Assembly: GCA_026770705.1 (NCBI GenBank)
Contig: JANJGN010000026.1
Location: 33,418,001 to 33,482,000, forward strand
Length of the DNA stretch: 64,000 nucleotides
Origin: Isurus oxyrinchus
Taxonomy: Eukaryota
Reading direction: 5' to 3'
Part shown: in pieces, positions 39,638 to 51,764 of the stretch
Numbering within the stretch: the first letter of the stretch is position 1
How the letters are laid out: each line of letters begins with the position of its first letter
The notes under the pieces: model-generated
What the model saw: the letters and a program-made list of their open reading frames with translations, nothing else
Told to the model about the DNA's origin: nothing
Database searches by the model: none
Program-made: the position numbers and the translations under genes

Positions 39638-40429
39638 CTAGAGGATAAAGAAGAAAGAACATTATTTTTTTGTTTAACCGTTGTTTGTCCAGGGGAATAT
39701 GTCAACTGCGTGAATAGCTCTGCTTTTTGCAGCAATTTTCTTCGTTTTAAACCTGTGCGAACCGTATTTACTGTTATTAAAATATGATCAATGGAGAAGT
39801 GAGGTGATATTTTCTTTTCCATAGCGAATTCTCCGGATCAGGGCCGCACTGTCTGAATTGGAGGTCGGAACGGATGCCATAGGAATTTTAAAACGGATGA
39901 TGGAAATAAAAATATAGAGCTATGGAGGAAATTCGCGAGTAATGGGAACAATTGGTTTGCACTTTTAAAGGGGCAACACCTACGCGATGGGCCGAATTTC
40001 ATCCTTCCGTGCTGGATAATTCCAGGCATTATATTACATTCCCGTTACTATTTTTCTTGGCGAGTAACAAACCCGAAGGAACATTTTATGATCAGTGAGG
40101 CAACCAGCTTCCAAAAAAAAAAGTTTGTCGGAGAGGAACACGTGTGTAGAATCACTGCGCACTGCAAGATCCAACACAAACTGATGGGCTTCATCAGTAC
40201 CGATTTAGCCAAACAGAGCATAAACATCAGTGGTCAAAGATCAATCATTTAGTGCGGTTTCAAACTGCTCTGAAATTTTTTATCTGCCTTTTGCTCTATT
40301 TCTCTATGTTCTAGCAATAGGATCCAATTTTCTGCAGTTCAGTTCATTTGAAATAATTACAATAAATTCCATTTTTTTATTTCACATTTACTTTATTTCG
40401 CATTTACTTTCTGCTTTTTGCGGTTCTTC

Positions 40430-40600
40430 CAATCGTGGGAACTTGTCCCAAAGTCTCTCAGTTGTCGATAGGGTTCAGTCTGTTCAGTTTCCGCAGTGGT
40501 TTTACTGTTACTTCCTGGGAACTGCCTCTTCCGGCTCTCTGACAATTTCAATTCTTTCCGCCCATTAACTGATTCTCTGCCGGGTTCACTGGGCGGAGTT
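40430..40600. promoter_or_regulatory. Putative T-cell regulatory module in the J/supporting-V intron
   Basis: CGTGGGAA (CSL/RBPJ, 40434), AGTGGTT (RUNX-like, 40495), ACTTCCTG and CTTCCGG (ETS, 40510 and 40528), and GC boxes at 40558 and 40591. Confidence 0.45.
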
Positions 40601-42457
40601 TTCGTTCAATTTCACATTATAGAGGATGACGAATTTGGAAAGAGGAATGGAGCATACAACCTGTGTAGATAATCCCTTCCAGCCTGACCACACCCGAAAC
40701 CTAATTGACCATTTCCCTCCAGCTCCCTGTATCGGTCTCTGTACCACCCTCCCTCCTGTATTTTCAAGTGTTTCGATAAATACTTCAGTACTTTCTGCTC
40801 CAACCGCTCCCTGTGGCAACAAATTCCACATGCTGATTTTTTTTTATTACATTTATTTGTCTTAATGTTTTTATTTGTTCTTTAACGACTGTCATATGTT
40901 GATGACCTATTGCTCTGGACTCAGCTACAAATAAACAATTTCTCCACATTAAAGCCGTTCGTTACTTTTTTAAAAAGTCTATGAAATCTTCATGGAAGCT
41001 CGTGGTTCTCCACTTCCGAGAAGAAAAGAGACTCAGCCTGTTCAGCCTTCCCGGAGACATGTGGATTGCTGCTGATTTCGTTTCTCGGTAGTGTAAGAAA
41101 TCAAAGCAGAGAATCAAATCAATAGAAGCAGGAGCCGCCATATCACATTTGAAAGCTGATCCGCCATTCAGTAACATCCTGGTTGATTTACAACCTCAAT
41201 ATCACATTCCCACACTCTCCCCATATCCCCTGATTCTTCTAGTGTCCAAACATCTATCGAATATTGCCTTGCATGCACACATATAGTGAAGATCCACAGC
41301 TCTCTGGGTTGTAGAATGCCAGATTCCCAACTATAGTTCTACTGAATCATTTCTTTCTTTCTCAGTTCTAATGGATGACTCTTTATTCTGAAACTCCGAC
41401 CCAAGTTATATACTCCTCAGTCTGGGGAAACTCCGACTCAGAATCTGCCCTGTCATGATCACCAACGATTCTTATATGCTCTAGGAAATATAGAGCTCCA
41501 CTGCTCTATGGCCATCTCAGGAATCAGTCTAATGAACCTTTGCTGCACTCCTTCCAAAGCAAGTTGATCTCTCTTCTGCAAGGAGACCGAAACTTTACAC
41601 AGGATTCCGGACTGTAGTCCGTTTCAGTCCTTCCCTCCCTAAACTTCACACACCAGGGGGTCGGATTGCACCCAATCCTTCTCTCCCTTTCGATTAATTA
41701 TTTCTGCTGATACTAAATGAACGTTCCCCCAGTTTCTAATTGTTTCCTTCTGTCCCTGTTCTCCTTTATAAGATTAATCCATCATCCTCACTCTCTCACT
41801 GCACTGTGTTGTTTCAATTCACAGTAATCAGGAATACAGATAAATTACAGCAATGCCATCTCTCAAACATTTACATTCAATATAGAGAAGTGTCCGCAGT
41901 TCCAAACTTCAGATTTCAGTCTGAGGGCGGAAAAGGAGGAAAGTGATTGGTTCTATTGAAAGAAATGGCGGGGAGAATGTTACTAATTTCAGTCGCTGAT
42001 TGTCCAGTAATAAAATTCCATTTGGGCCCACATCAGGATCTCTTATATCTGAAGTCCCTTGTGTCACTTTCCCGTTTTTCCCCCGGGTCAAGTATTGAAC
42101 TAGCCGCAGTTGTGTTGAGTGTATTCACCCGGTACCTCATTCACTTTGCGCGGCTCGGACTGCAATCTACTGCCCATGAGAGAGCTCTGTGACCCCGCTC
42201 CCGGGATCTAAAGGACAGATAGAGCTCCCTCGGTCACAGTTAACACCGGGAGTGGAGTCCCGAGTGCCGACAATCAACGATTCAGAGTGTGAGAGTCCCT
42301 GATGTTGATATTGTCCCCGATGTGCTGGTTAAAACAATAATGGTCCAAATTCCGTCAACTTCCACATCCCACCCAAACTCCACTGATCACAATAATAAAT
42401 TGACAGTGAACATTACCGGGGACAGGCTGTAGCCCGGCGGAGTTTGGAGTCACTTAC

Positions 42458-42545
42458 CTGTGACAGTCACCACCGTCCCGGACCCATCCACATATTTATA
42501 ACCCACCACAATGACACTGCTCTCAGTCTCCCCGGTACAACAACC
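42458..42545 (-). other. NAR-TCR J segment (coding 42506-42458, VGYKYVDGSGTVVTVT) with 23-RSS
   Basis: GGTTGTTGT, 23 nt, CATTGTG, then 49 nt coding with a NAR-type DGxGT motif, ending in a phase-1 GTAAGT donor. Confidence 0.93.
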
Positions 42546-42861
42546 ACCGACACCTCAACCTGCCGAGAAATTATCAGGCAGTAGAAACTGCCAAATTATT
42601 CAGTGAATTTAAATAAATAAATAAACAACATTCAATGTTTCAAAGTCTCTGTCGGTTCAAACTGTTCTTTGTGAGGCCCTGAGCTCTCAGTAAATGGTCT
42701 CCAGAACGAGATGTTCCCTTCATATAAACCGAGAAAATTTTCAAAGAAAGATAACTGAATGGTGGAAATTACAATGAAATGTAACCATATCACAGCGATA
42801 ATAACATCAACCTGACAATTCACTATCCGGACCCGCAGAATTTATTTTGTGATCGTAGAGA

Positions 42862-42930
42862 GGTATATGTTCAGGTATCTCCCACTGTGGCTGTCCCATC
42901 CACACAGTGTTATAATTGAGTATAAAATCC
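42862..42930 (-). other. NAR-TCR D segment (13 nt, TGGATGGGACAGC, 42902-42890) flanked by two 12-RSS
   Basis: Plus strand: GGTATATGT, 12 nt, CACTGTG, gctgtcccatcca, CACAGTG, 12 nt, ATAAAATCC. It lies between the V and J, giving an IgH-type 22/23-12-12-23 arrangement. Confidence 0.92.
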
Positions 42931-43271
42931 CCCGGACACTTGGGGAGATTTGGGGACATTAGTTAAACAGCGGGGACTAGGGTTCCCGGTTCCAGCTGTT
43001 AGAACAAGATCACACCTGGTGTTAGGGGTTTTTCAACTGAGATCAGTCATGCCCAATCCCCATTCACTGACACCAATCCCGGGAAAGACATCACCATCCG
43101 CACACATCCGGCATTTATAAAACTCAAGATGTTAACGGCAGTAACCCAATCTCATAACCCAATCTCATTGTAAACTAGACTGTGGGGCAGACGGTGTGAG
43201 GCGGAACTGTGGGGGTTTAACTGCAGATTAACTCCGCTTTTTCATTTATTGCTGTGATAATCGGCAGTGAG

Positions 43272-43309
43272 AGTTTTTGTATCGCGGGAAGCCGAGGTCC
43301 ATCACTGTG
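43272..43309 (-). other. RSS of NAR-TCR V (22-bp spacer)
   Basis: CACAGTG (43309-43303), 22 nt, ACAAAAACT (43280-43272). Confidence 0.92.
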
Positions 43310-43793
43310 TGTGTTGTACCAGTACTGAGCTTTACAGTAATAGGCGGCGGTGTCTTCAACTCTCACATTCCGAATTTTCAGCGAAAATTTCCTTTCTGCT
43401 TCATTCACTGACACAACAAATCTCCCCCCGCTGGAGATCCGCTTCCGCTCTGTCCCGGTGTGGGTTTGTTTGAGGAAATATCCATCATGAAAATAATAAT
43501 CCGAATTATGACCATAACAAACACAGGTGATGGTGAGAGACTGACACTCCTTCCTGGTTACCGCTGCCGGAGACTGTACCAGTGACTGACTGAAAGAGCC
43601 TGGAAATTAAACAGAGAAAGTTTAATGGACAATCAGAGCCGAACCGCAGGACGGGGTTAAAACCCCGGACATTGTTTGTAATTGGGATGGACTCGGGCAG
43701 CTTTATATGAAAACCACACAATGTCGGTTCGTTTGATCGGTACTCACGGGGGAAACAGACACACAGGGTGAAAGCAAGGAGGATTCCCCTCAT
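43310..43793 (-). CDS. NAR-TCR V gene segment (IgNAR-like V), intact: leader exon 43793-43748, V exon 43599-43310
   Basis: Leader MRGILLAFTLCVCFP ends in a phase-1 GTGAGT donor; acceptor TTTCCAG. The V exon reads SFSQSLVQSPAAVTRKECQSLTITCVCYGHNSDYYFHDGYFLKQTHTGTERKRISSGGRFVVSVNEAERKFSLKIRNVRVEDTAAYYCKAQYWYNT with no stops. It has the NAR-type short FR2/absent CDR2, ISSGGRF and RVED..YYCKA motifs and an FR1 Cys (KEC). Confidence 0.93.
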
Positions 43794-43809
43794 TCTGCTG
43801 TCTGGAGTT

Positions 43810-43920
43810 GAGGATTTATATGACGGGGAGTTGGAGACCGCAGCCCTAGACTGCACTGGGAGACTGGACCTCAGAGCTGGACTGAAATACTTTCGCGGGG
43901 CCGAGTTGATTTGCACAGGG
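43810..43920 (-). promoter_or_regulatory. NAR-TCR V promoter
   Basis: TATAAA lies ~22-27 nt upstream of the ATG, with an adjacent CGTCA half-CRE and an octamer-like GTGCAAAT at 43916-43909. Confidence 0.5.
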
Positions 43921-44479
43921 CAGTGTCGCTGAGATCAATGATGGGCCGCAAGGTTCCCGGGTCGCCGGCTAAGTGCTGTGTGAATACGAGGCAGGTTTAT
44001 AAATGGAGGCTGCAATTTTCTGACTCTACATTTGGATTGTGATCCGGATGTGAAAGCCCCTCCCACAATACTCTGGTGTACAGGGGTGGGGGAGGGGAGC
44101 TTTTCTTTCTGCCAGTTGTGCTGCCGCCTTCCTTTCCCCGCAGTGATGAAATGGGAGGTCGGTGCATGTGTTTGTATTGGGTGGTGTTTGTTAAAGGTGG
44201 AATGTGGGCCCAGGATACCGACAGAACACAGTGGCCAGCCCCCCCCCACCCCCCCCCCTCCCCCCCACCCCCTCCCCTATTCCAATATTCCGGACATTGT
44301 TTAACCTCGTCCTGAACGAGCTGGCGGGACCTCATTTAGATTGCTGACCTGAAGGTTGGCGCCTCAGACCCAGCATCTTCCCTGGCCCAGCGGCTGGGGG
44401 TAAGGTTACAATATGAGGGAGTCCAGTGACATTGCCAATATCCTGGCAGATGTACACAACATAGACAAAGACAAAATAG

Positions 44480-44570
44480 CAGCTGGTCAGCTCAGTTGGC
44501 TAGGTAGCTAGTATCTAGTTCGGAATAATGCCACAGCACGGGTTCTGTTCGCGTTCTGCTTGAGGCTGAC
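44480..44570 (+). mobile_element. tRNA-derived SINE head
   Basis: A-box-like CAGCTCAGTTGG and B-box-like GGGTTCTGTTC; no full cloverleaf. Confidence 0.5.
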
Positions 44571-46939
44571 GTGAGTCCTATCTGTCCCTGCTGGTACAAG
44601 GCAATGATAAAGCACCACAAAGGAAGCTGCAAAGAAATCAGCTCAATAGAAGCAATTGCAGAAAATGAGCTAAGGACCTGCCCAGGCGCAGAGCACACGT
44701 GAATGAATGATAAGAACAAACTCTCCCTGCCATTTAACTACATGCTTCCCTGCACCAACCCTGCTGTGGGTTGCGTGTAAAAAGATGTTTCATTTCAGCC
44801 TTTTTTGAGTTCCAGATTGGGGATATTCAGAATTTCCGTTTGCAGGGACACAGAATGAAACGGCACTCGGGAGGACAATAGACATTGGGGGACTGTGAGC
44901 TTGGACCTCTGTTTAAAGTTCAAAGTCACCACCTGCTGTTCTGAAACCTGTTTATGTTGTATAATTATCTCATTTCCAGCAACAGCAACACTCGATCAAA
45001 TAAACCCCGTGACAAGGCCGAAGCCTGCGGCTTCATAAAACTGACATGAGAGTTAGGGAAATGTTGCTCAACATTGCGGGCAGGAACGGAAAGGCCATTG
45101 AAGGACGAAAGGGAAATTAAGAACAACAAGAAGTCACACAAACATGGCCGACATTACGTCACACAAACATGGCCAATGACTTGACCTGCAGTGGATAAAG
45201 ACATCATTTTTTCTGCACGTCCGGCCAATTCCTGTCAGCTTTTTTTTTAATGTACTAAAGATTTTGCTATGAGATTAATAATTAGTGTAAATCATTGTTT
45301 AGACAACCATACAAATGCGCAGTGCAAGTTAACGAATTTAATATAAATAGGGATAAGGTCTAGAATAGTATTAGCAAAGACATGACCTGTGTAATATTAA
45401 TAGAGACAGCGTCCATTTCAGTATTAATTGAAACAAGGCCAGGAGTAAAACAACAATAAATGGGGTCTAGTGTAATGTAAACAGGAGCTTGGTTTAGAAG
45501 GGTGAATAGCACCTACTGAAATATAAACAGGATCAAGGCTAATGTGAAAATTATTGAGACAGGTCTCCTGATAATATGAACAAAGGCTTGACCTAATGTA
45601 GTGTACTCAGCGGCATAGATTTTTGTCGTATAATGTGAGTACTGTCTTTTGCTATATCAGCAAAGAAGCGGCCTAGCATAATGTAAATTCAATCATGTTC
45701 TAATGCAATATTTCACAGCGATAGTCCAGTGTAATATAAACCGAGACAGAGTCTCAAGCAGTAGTAATTGAAGCAAGGCCTAGCGTAACACAAGCAGAGA
45801 CATGTCTAATGCCGCATAACCGAGACACGGGCTATTGTAATATAAAGAGTGACATTGTCTAGTGTAATGCTGAGACAGGGTGTTGCCTAACACTAACGGA
45901 AATGATCTATTGCAGTTATAAATGAGATATGGCCTTGGGTAACATAGACAGAGGTGCATCCCATTGCAAGTAAATGAAAAAAGGGACGAATGCAAATAAA
46001 GTGAGATGTGGTCGAGTGTAGTTCGACTGAAGCAGTATCTAAGGTAATATAAACATAAGAAGTAAAATGCTGTCGTCAGTAATAACATAAAAAGAGCCTG
46101 GTGTAATATAAGTGGAGGCATATCTAATGCGATAATAGCTAAGACATCATTTAGTGTAACAGTCCAGTGCGATAATAAATGAGGCAAGCACTAGTTTAAT
46201 ACAAACACAGGGGTTGTACAGTGCACTAATAAATGAGTATTGCTTAATTCTTGAATAATTGTGTACAACCAGGCACTGAGCTCATGCATTGAGATGGCCG
46301 TCATTCAACTGTACATTAAGTTGCTCAAATACCTACACTACGAGTTTGTTTTATTTTAACTTGCTGTTTATTTCTGTTAGCTGTGTGTTAATTTTTGCCT
46401 TTGTTTTCCATTGTTACTTCCAGCTTCACCCCCATTTTCCTTATTAAAACCTCAAGTTTCACCAATTTTCATGTTTCCTGGCGTCACTGAGGATTCTACA
46501 GATTGTGTGCGTCCCAGAACTTCAGTGTTAGTCTCTCTTGTCCATTTGTATAACACAGAGCGGTGATGATCCCTTTCCCGCCGTTCACTGCACCAAAGTG
46601 TCATATGGGAGAATAGCCGTTAACAACTGTCTATTTTCTGTACCTTTATATTTATAAGTAAATATCCCCATCAATGTCCTTCTGCGGTTCTCTCTTTGTA
46701 TCACTAGCTGCCCCCAGCCTCAGCATCATATATCTCGCTCTGTTGAGGTGCCTCTCTACCACTCAATGTAATCAATCTCACCTTCACCTATGCCCCTCTG
46801 TCAGTGTTTCTCTATATACGCACCGTACTGAGCCTCATTTTATCAAACACCCTCTGCATTACCCATCGTTCTTAGTCACAATTTTATATTCCGCATGGTC
46901 TCAAAGCATACTGACAGACACAGAGATAACCTATAGACG

Positions 46940-47305
46940 AAACAAAAACAGAATTACCTGGAAAAACTCAGCAGGTCTGGCAGCATCAGCGGAGAAGAAA
47001 AGAGTTGATGTTTCGAGTCCTCATGACCCTTCGACAGAACTTGAGTTCGAGTCCAAGAAAAAGTTGAAAAATAAGCTGGTTTAAGGTGTGTGTGTGGTGG
47101 GCGGAGAGATAGAGAGAGAGAGAGAGAGGTGGGGGGGGGGGTTGGTGGGGTGGGGGTTGGGGGTGTGGTTGTATGGATAAACAAGCAGTGATAGAAGCAG
47201 ATCATCAAAAGATGTCAACGACAATGGTACAATAGAACACATAGGTGTTAAAGTTAAAGTTGGTGATATTATCTAAACGAATGTGCTAATTAAGAATGGA
47301 TGGTA
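46940..47305 (-). mobile_element. Penelope-like 3' fragment
   Basis: Matches 54092-54430. Confidence 0.9.
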
Positions 47306-47895
47306 GGCCTTATCTCTGTCCTTTTCCATGGTAATGCTAAATCTAACTGAATTGTGATCACTGTCCTCGATATGGTCGTCAACTGTCACTTCACCCACTT
47401 GCCCTTTTTCGTTCCCCAAGACTAAGTCTAGAATTGCAACTCCTCTCGTTGGTTTTGTCACTAATAGGTTGAAAAAAATTTCCTGGACACAGTGCATGAA
47501 TTTTTCTCCCTCAGTGCCCCTTATTTTGTTTGAATCCCAGTTGATATTAGGATAGTTATTGCCCTCTTGTTCTTACAAGCAGAAATGTGCTTACATATTT
47601 GTTCTTCTATCTCCCTTTTAATATTTGGAGGTCTGTAGTATACTCACAGTAGTGTGGCTGCCCCTTTTTTATTTCTAAGCTCAATCCATAAAGCCTCGTT
47701 TGTTGACCCATTTAGTATATTATCCCTTCTCACAACTGGAATTGATTCTTTAACCATTAGTGCTACCTCACCCCCCTCCTTTTTTTTATCTCCTACTCTA
47801 TCGTGTCTGAAGACTCTATAGCCAGGGATATTAAGCTCCCAGTTTTGACCCTCCTTTAGCCTGGTCTCCGTTATAGCAATGACATCCTGCTGCCA
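47306..47895 (-). mobile_element. CR1 APE fragment (inverted relative to the adjacent RT part)
   Basis: PTRGVAILDLVLGN...SDHNSVRF. Confidence 0.8.
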
Positions 47896-47899
47896 TCAT

Positions 47900-49155
47900 G
47901 GACCGGCAAAGGGTAAATCATCTTTAACTAACTTGCTTGAGTTTTCTCATGACGTAACAGAGATGGGTGATGAGGTTAATGGTCTCACAAAAGGCATTTG
48001 ATGAAATTCCGCACAACAGACTTATGAACAAAGTTGGAGCTCACTGGAATAAAATGGACGGTAACATCATGGAAAGGGAATTGGCTGAGTGCCAGAAAAT
48101 GAAGAGAGGTTTTGAATGGCTGTTTATCAGATTGCGGAAAGGATTATAATGAAGTTCCCCAAGGAGCAATGCTACGACGCCTGCTTTTCATAACATTTAT
48201 TAATAAAGTGGGCGCTGGTGTATAGGGCACAATTTCAAAATATGCGGAAGATGCGAAATGTGGAAGCATTGTGAGCCATGAGGAGGATAGTGCAGAACTT
48301 CAAAACGACATGGAGAGGGTGGTGCAAAGGCGGTCAAGTGACAGATGAAATTTATCGCAGAGCATATGCGAAGTTGTTCATTTTGGTAGCAAGAACGCAG
48401 AGTGACAATATAAAAGAAAGGGTAAGATTCCAAAGAGGCTGCAGGAGCAGAGAGAACTGAGCGTTTATGGGTCTAAATTATTGAAGGTGGAAAGGCAAGT
48501 TGAGAGAGAGGTTAATAAAGCATGCAGCGTCCTGGGCTTTATCAACAGGAGAAAAGAGTATAAAAGTAAGGAGGTTATGTTAAACTGTGACACACTGGTT
48601 AGTACTCAATTGAAGAATTGCATCAAATTCCGGGCACCGCACTTTTGGAGGAATTTGAAGGAATGAGAGAGGGCACAGGAAAGATTCATGGGAATTCTTC
48701 CAGAGATGAGGAACTCCAGTTATGTGTAAAGTGTGGAGAAGTTGGCTTTAATCTCCTTGGAGAAGAGGAGGTTGAAAGGAGATTTTATCGAGGTAATAAA
48801 AATCATGAGGGGTCTGGACAGAGTAGTTAGGGAGAAATTGTTCCCACTGGTGGAAGGCTCGAGAACAATTGGGGGGCACAGGTTTAAAGCAACCTGGAGA
48901 AGAAGCAATAGAGGCAAGAGGAAAATGTCTGCACGCATTGAGTGGTTAGGGTTTGGAATGCACTGCCTGCAAGTGTGGTGGATTGAGGGGTAATTGATGC
49001 TTTCATAAGGAAATTGGATCATTATATGAAAAGGGAACAAAACGCCGGAGCACGGCGAAAACAGCGGCACTAGGTCAAAGGCTCCTTCAGATGTTCAGCA
49101 CGGACACGATTGGCCGAATGGCATCCTTCTGTGCTGTAAGAATTCTATGATTCTA
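47900..49155 (+). mobile_element. CR1 LINE RT/3' end
   Basis: KAFDEIPHNRL, VPQGAML, LEKRRLKGDFIEVIKIM; ends in an ATTCTATGATTCTA tail. Confidence 0.85.
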
Positions 49156-50069
49156 CCATTAATATCAGAAGCAGTAACTGAAATCGACATTTTCACAGTA
49201 TCTGCAATAGCGGAGCTGGCCAGTAGGTGGCAGTGAAACAGTGAATACTGACATTATATCAAACAGGCACTGCATCAATTATTTCTGCATCGAACCTTGT
49301 CCTTGTTCTTACTAAACCTGACCCTGTGAATGTATATGTTACACTAAGTCACCTCTCTGATCATATTGCAATAGGTTGTGTCTCAGTTACTTCTGTGATA
49401 AGCTCAATCTCAGTTGTCAATGTACTGGACCAAGGCCATATTATATTAGACATTCTGTCAGTTATGATTGTGTTAAACCATGTCATGGCTAATATGACAA
49501 TAGTCCATGCCTCAGTTGTTACTGCACTAGTACTTGTCTCTGTTTATACTAAACCAGAGCATGTTCCAGTTTGCATGACACAAGGCTGTGTCTCTGTCAT
49601 TACACTGTTATACCCTGCCACCTTTATGCTGAACTAGAGGATTTCTTGGCTAATGTTGCACCAGTCTATGACTTTGTTTATATCGCCCAATGCCCTCTTT
49701 CTGTTATTATTTTATAATACCATGTCTTTCTTGTTGCTGCAATTGTCCATGTTTCTGTTTATATAAATCTAGGCTCTTTGTTGGCAATTACTGCACGAGG
49801 CTCTGTCTCAGTTTAGATTAGAGAATGCCCTGTATCAGATAAAACTGCAGTAGACCACGTGACAGTTTCCTTTCACTAGATCCTGTATCAGTTATTACTG
49901 AGCTAGACCATGTCTGTGTTCATATTACACAAGACACTGTCTCAATTATTACTTCTCTTGGCACTGCCTCACTTTTTATTCCACGAGATCATCACCCTCT
50001 TTATATTACACTAGATCATGTCTCTGTTTCAATTCTTTTCGACCTATCTCAGTTTGCATTCCCCTGCCT

Positions 50070-50500
50070 GCTGCGGTTTATATTACACTAGACCCTGCCT
50101 CAGTTTATATTACACTACACTCTATCTCAGTTTATATCATACTAGTCTCTATCTCAGTTTATATTACACTAGACCCTGCCTCAGTTTATACTACACTACA
50201 CTCTATCTCAGTTTATATCATACTAGTCTCTATCTCAGTTTATATTACACTAGACCCTGTCTCAGTTTATATTACACTAGATCCTATCTCACTTTATATT
50301 ACTCTAGATCCTGTATCTGTTTATATTACACTGGACCCTATCTCGGTTTATATTACACTAGACACCATCTCAGTTTATAATGCACGAGGCTCTATCTCAG
50401 TTTATATTACACTGGACCCTGTCTCGCTTTATATTACACTAGACTCTACCTCAGTTTATGTTACGCTAGACACTGTCTCGGTTTACATTACACAAGAGCC
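50070..50500 (+). repeat. 27-bp minisatellite (CTCAGTTTATATTACACTAGACCCTGT)n within a decayed field 49270-51000
   Basis: CAGTTT recurs at 50101, 50128, 50155 and 50182. Decayed reverse-complement fields occur at ~11450-13200, 15250-15440, 26640-27030, 37170-37680 and 45340-46230. Confidence 0.88.
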
Positions 50501-51764
50501 TGACATTGTTGCCTTAGAAATAGATTCTCTCTATGATAATATTTCACCAGTTCCTGCCTCAGTTATATCAGTGCTCGGCTTCGACTCAGCTGTTCCTGGA
50601 TTCAGCCTTGGCTCTGGTTGCATTACATACGAAAAAGTCTCAGTTATTCCTGTTTTGGACACACTTTCTGTATATACAATGCTAAACCAGCCTTGGTTGT
50701 TGCTGCACTAGTCCATACATCTCCTTTTATTTCACTCACCCTGTTCCTGTTTATACTCCAATATTTGATGTTTTTATTTATCTTACAGTAGAGGCAATCT
50801 CAGCTATTACTGCACCAGACCCTGTCTAGGATGTTATTAATCCATGTCCCCTTTAAATAATTACTGTTTTAGCCCCGAGGGTGGATTAATGTCAATTGAG
50901 ATTAGTCATGGCCGTTATTCAATAATTACTGGGATGACCTTGCCTCAGTTATTGCTACACTAGACTATGTTTCGGTTATTACTGCAGTGGCCTATGTCTC
51001 TCTGAGTTGGAGAGATAATATTATACACAAAGATGTTGAGTTGAGAATTGGCGCTGTCCTAAAACAGGCGGTATTGGATGGCCCATTCTTTGCAGCACCT
51101 GTCATTTAGTTTTATTTAGCTCCATTCAAAGTAAATATATTTCAGTTATGGTCAGTTATGTGTGTTCTATTGGAAAAAAAGCATTCTTCTTGCTTGTACC
51201 GACATTTCTCAAAGATAAACGATGATCTTCATCAGAATGTTTCAGTATTTTATATTCTTGTATTAAAATTGTAATAGTAGCTGGTTTAATACTGTAACTA
51301 TTTATTGATAACAATTCTGTTGTGCGCATTTGTTAATTAAGTGATGTCAGACTGACGGTTTCGTTTCTAAGGTAGGCTTATTGGTCTCCGCTGATCAGAT
51401 GGGAAGTGGATTAAATCACATTCAGAATAACCAGCAGTCTATTAACAAAAAATCACCTCGGCATCTCGCAAAAGCTCCAGGTAATCTCGAATGTGTGATG
51501 ATTTGAACAAATGATGGAAAAAAATCAAACTTTACACATACCTAACAGGAAGTTAATATACCTGTAACTCTCCGACTTATTATTCCTATTGATGGGAAGG
51601 ATTGAAACTCCTTCTGCTCTCCAGAGAACTTCCATTATTTCTGTTTCCACTTTTTAAACTGTTATCATCACAAATTCTGCGACAAACACTCGAATCATTT
51701 TTGAACTGATTGGTCTGCATGTAGGTTGCATATTCATTGTAAACTTACTGAAAGACAGTCAGCA

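Noticed and set aside
44480-44570. tRNA gene
   Set aside because: Only A/B-box-like remnants and no cloverleaf; treated as a SINE head.
50018-50380. 120-aa Tyr/Leu repeat ORF (and 45780-46187, 37437-37682)
   Set aside because: Read-through of the 27-bp minisatellite, whose period is divisible by 3.
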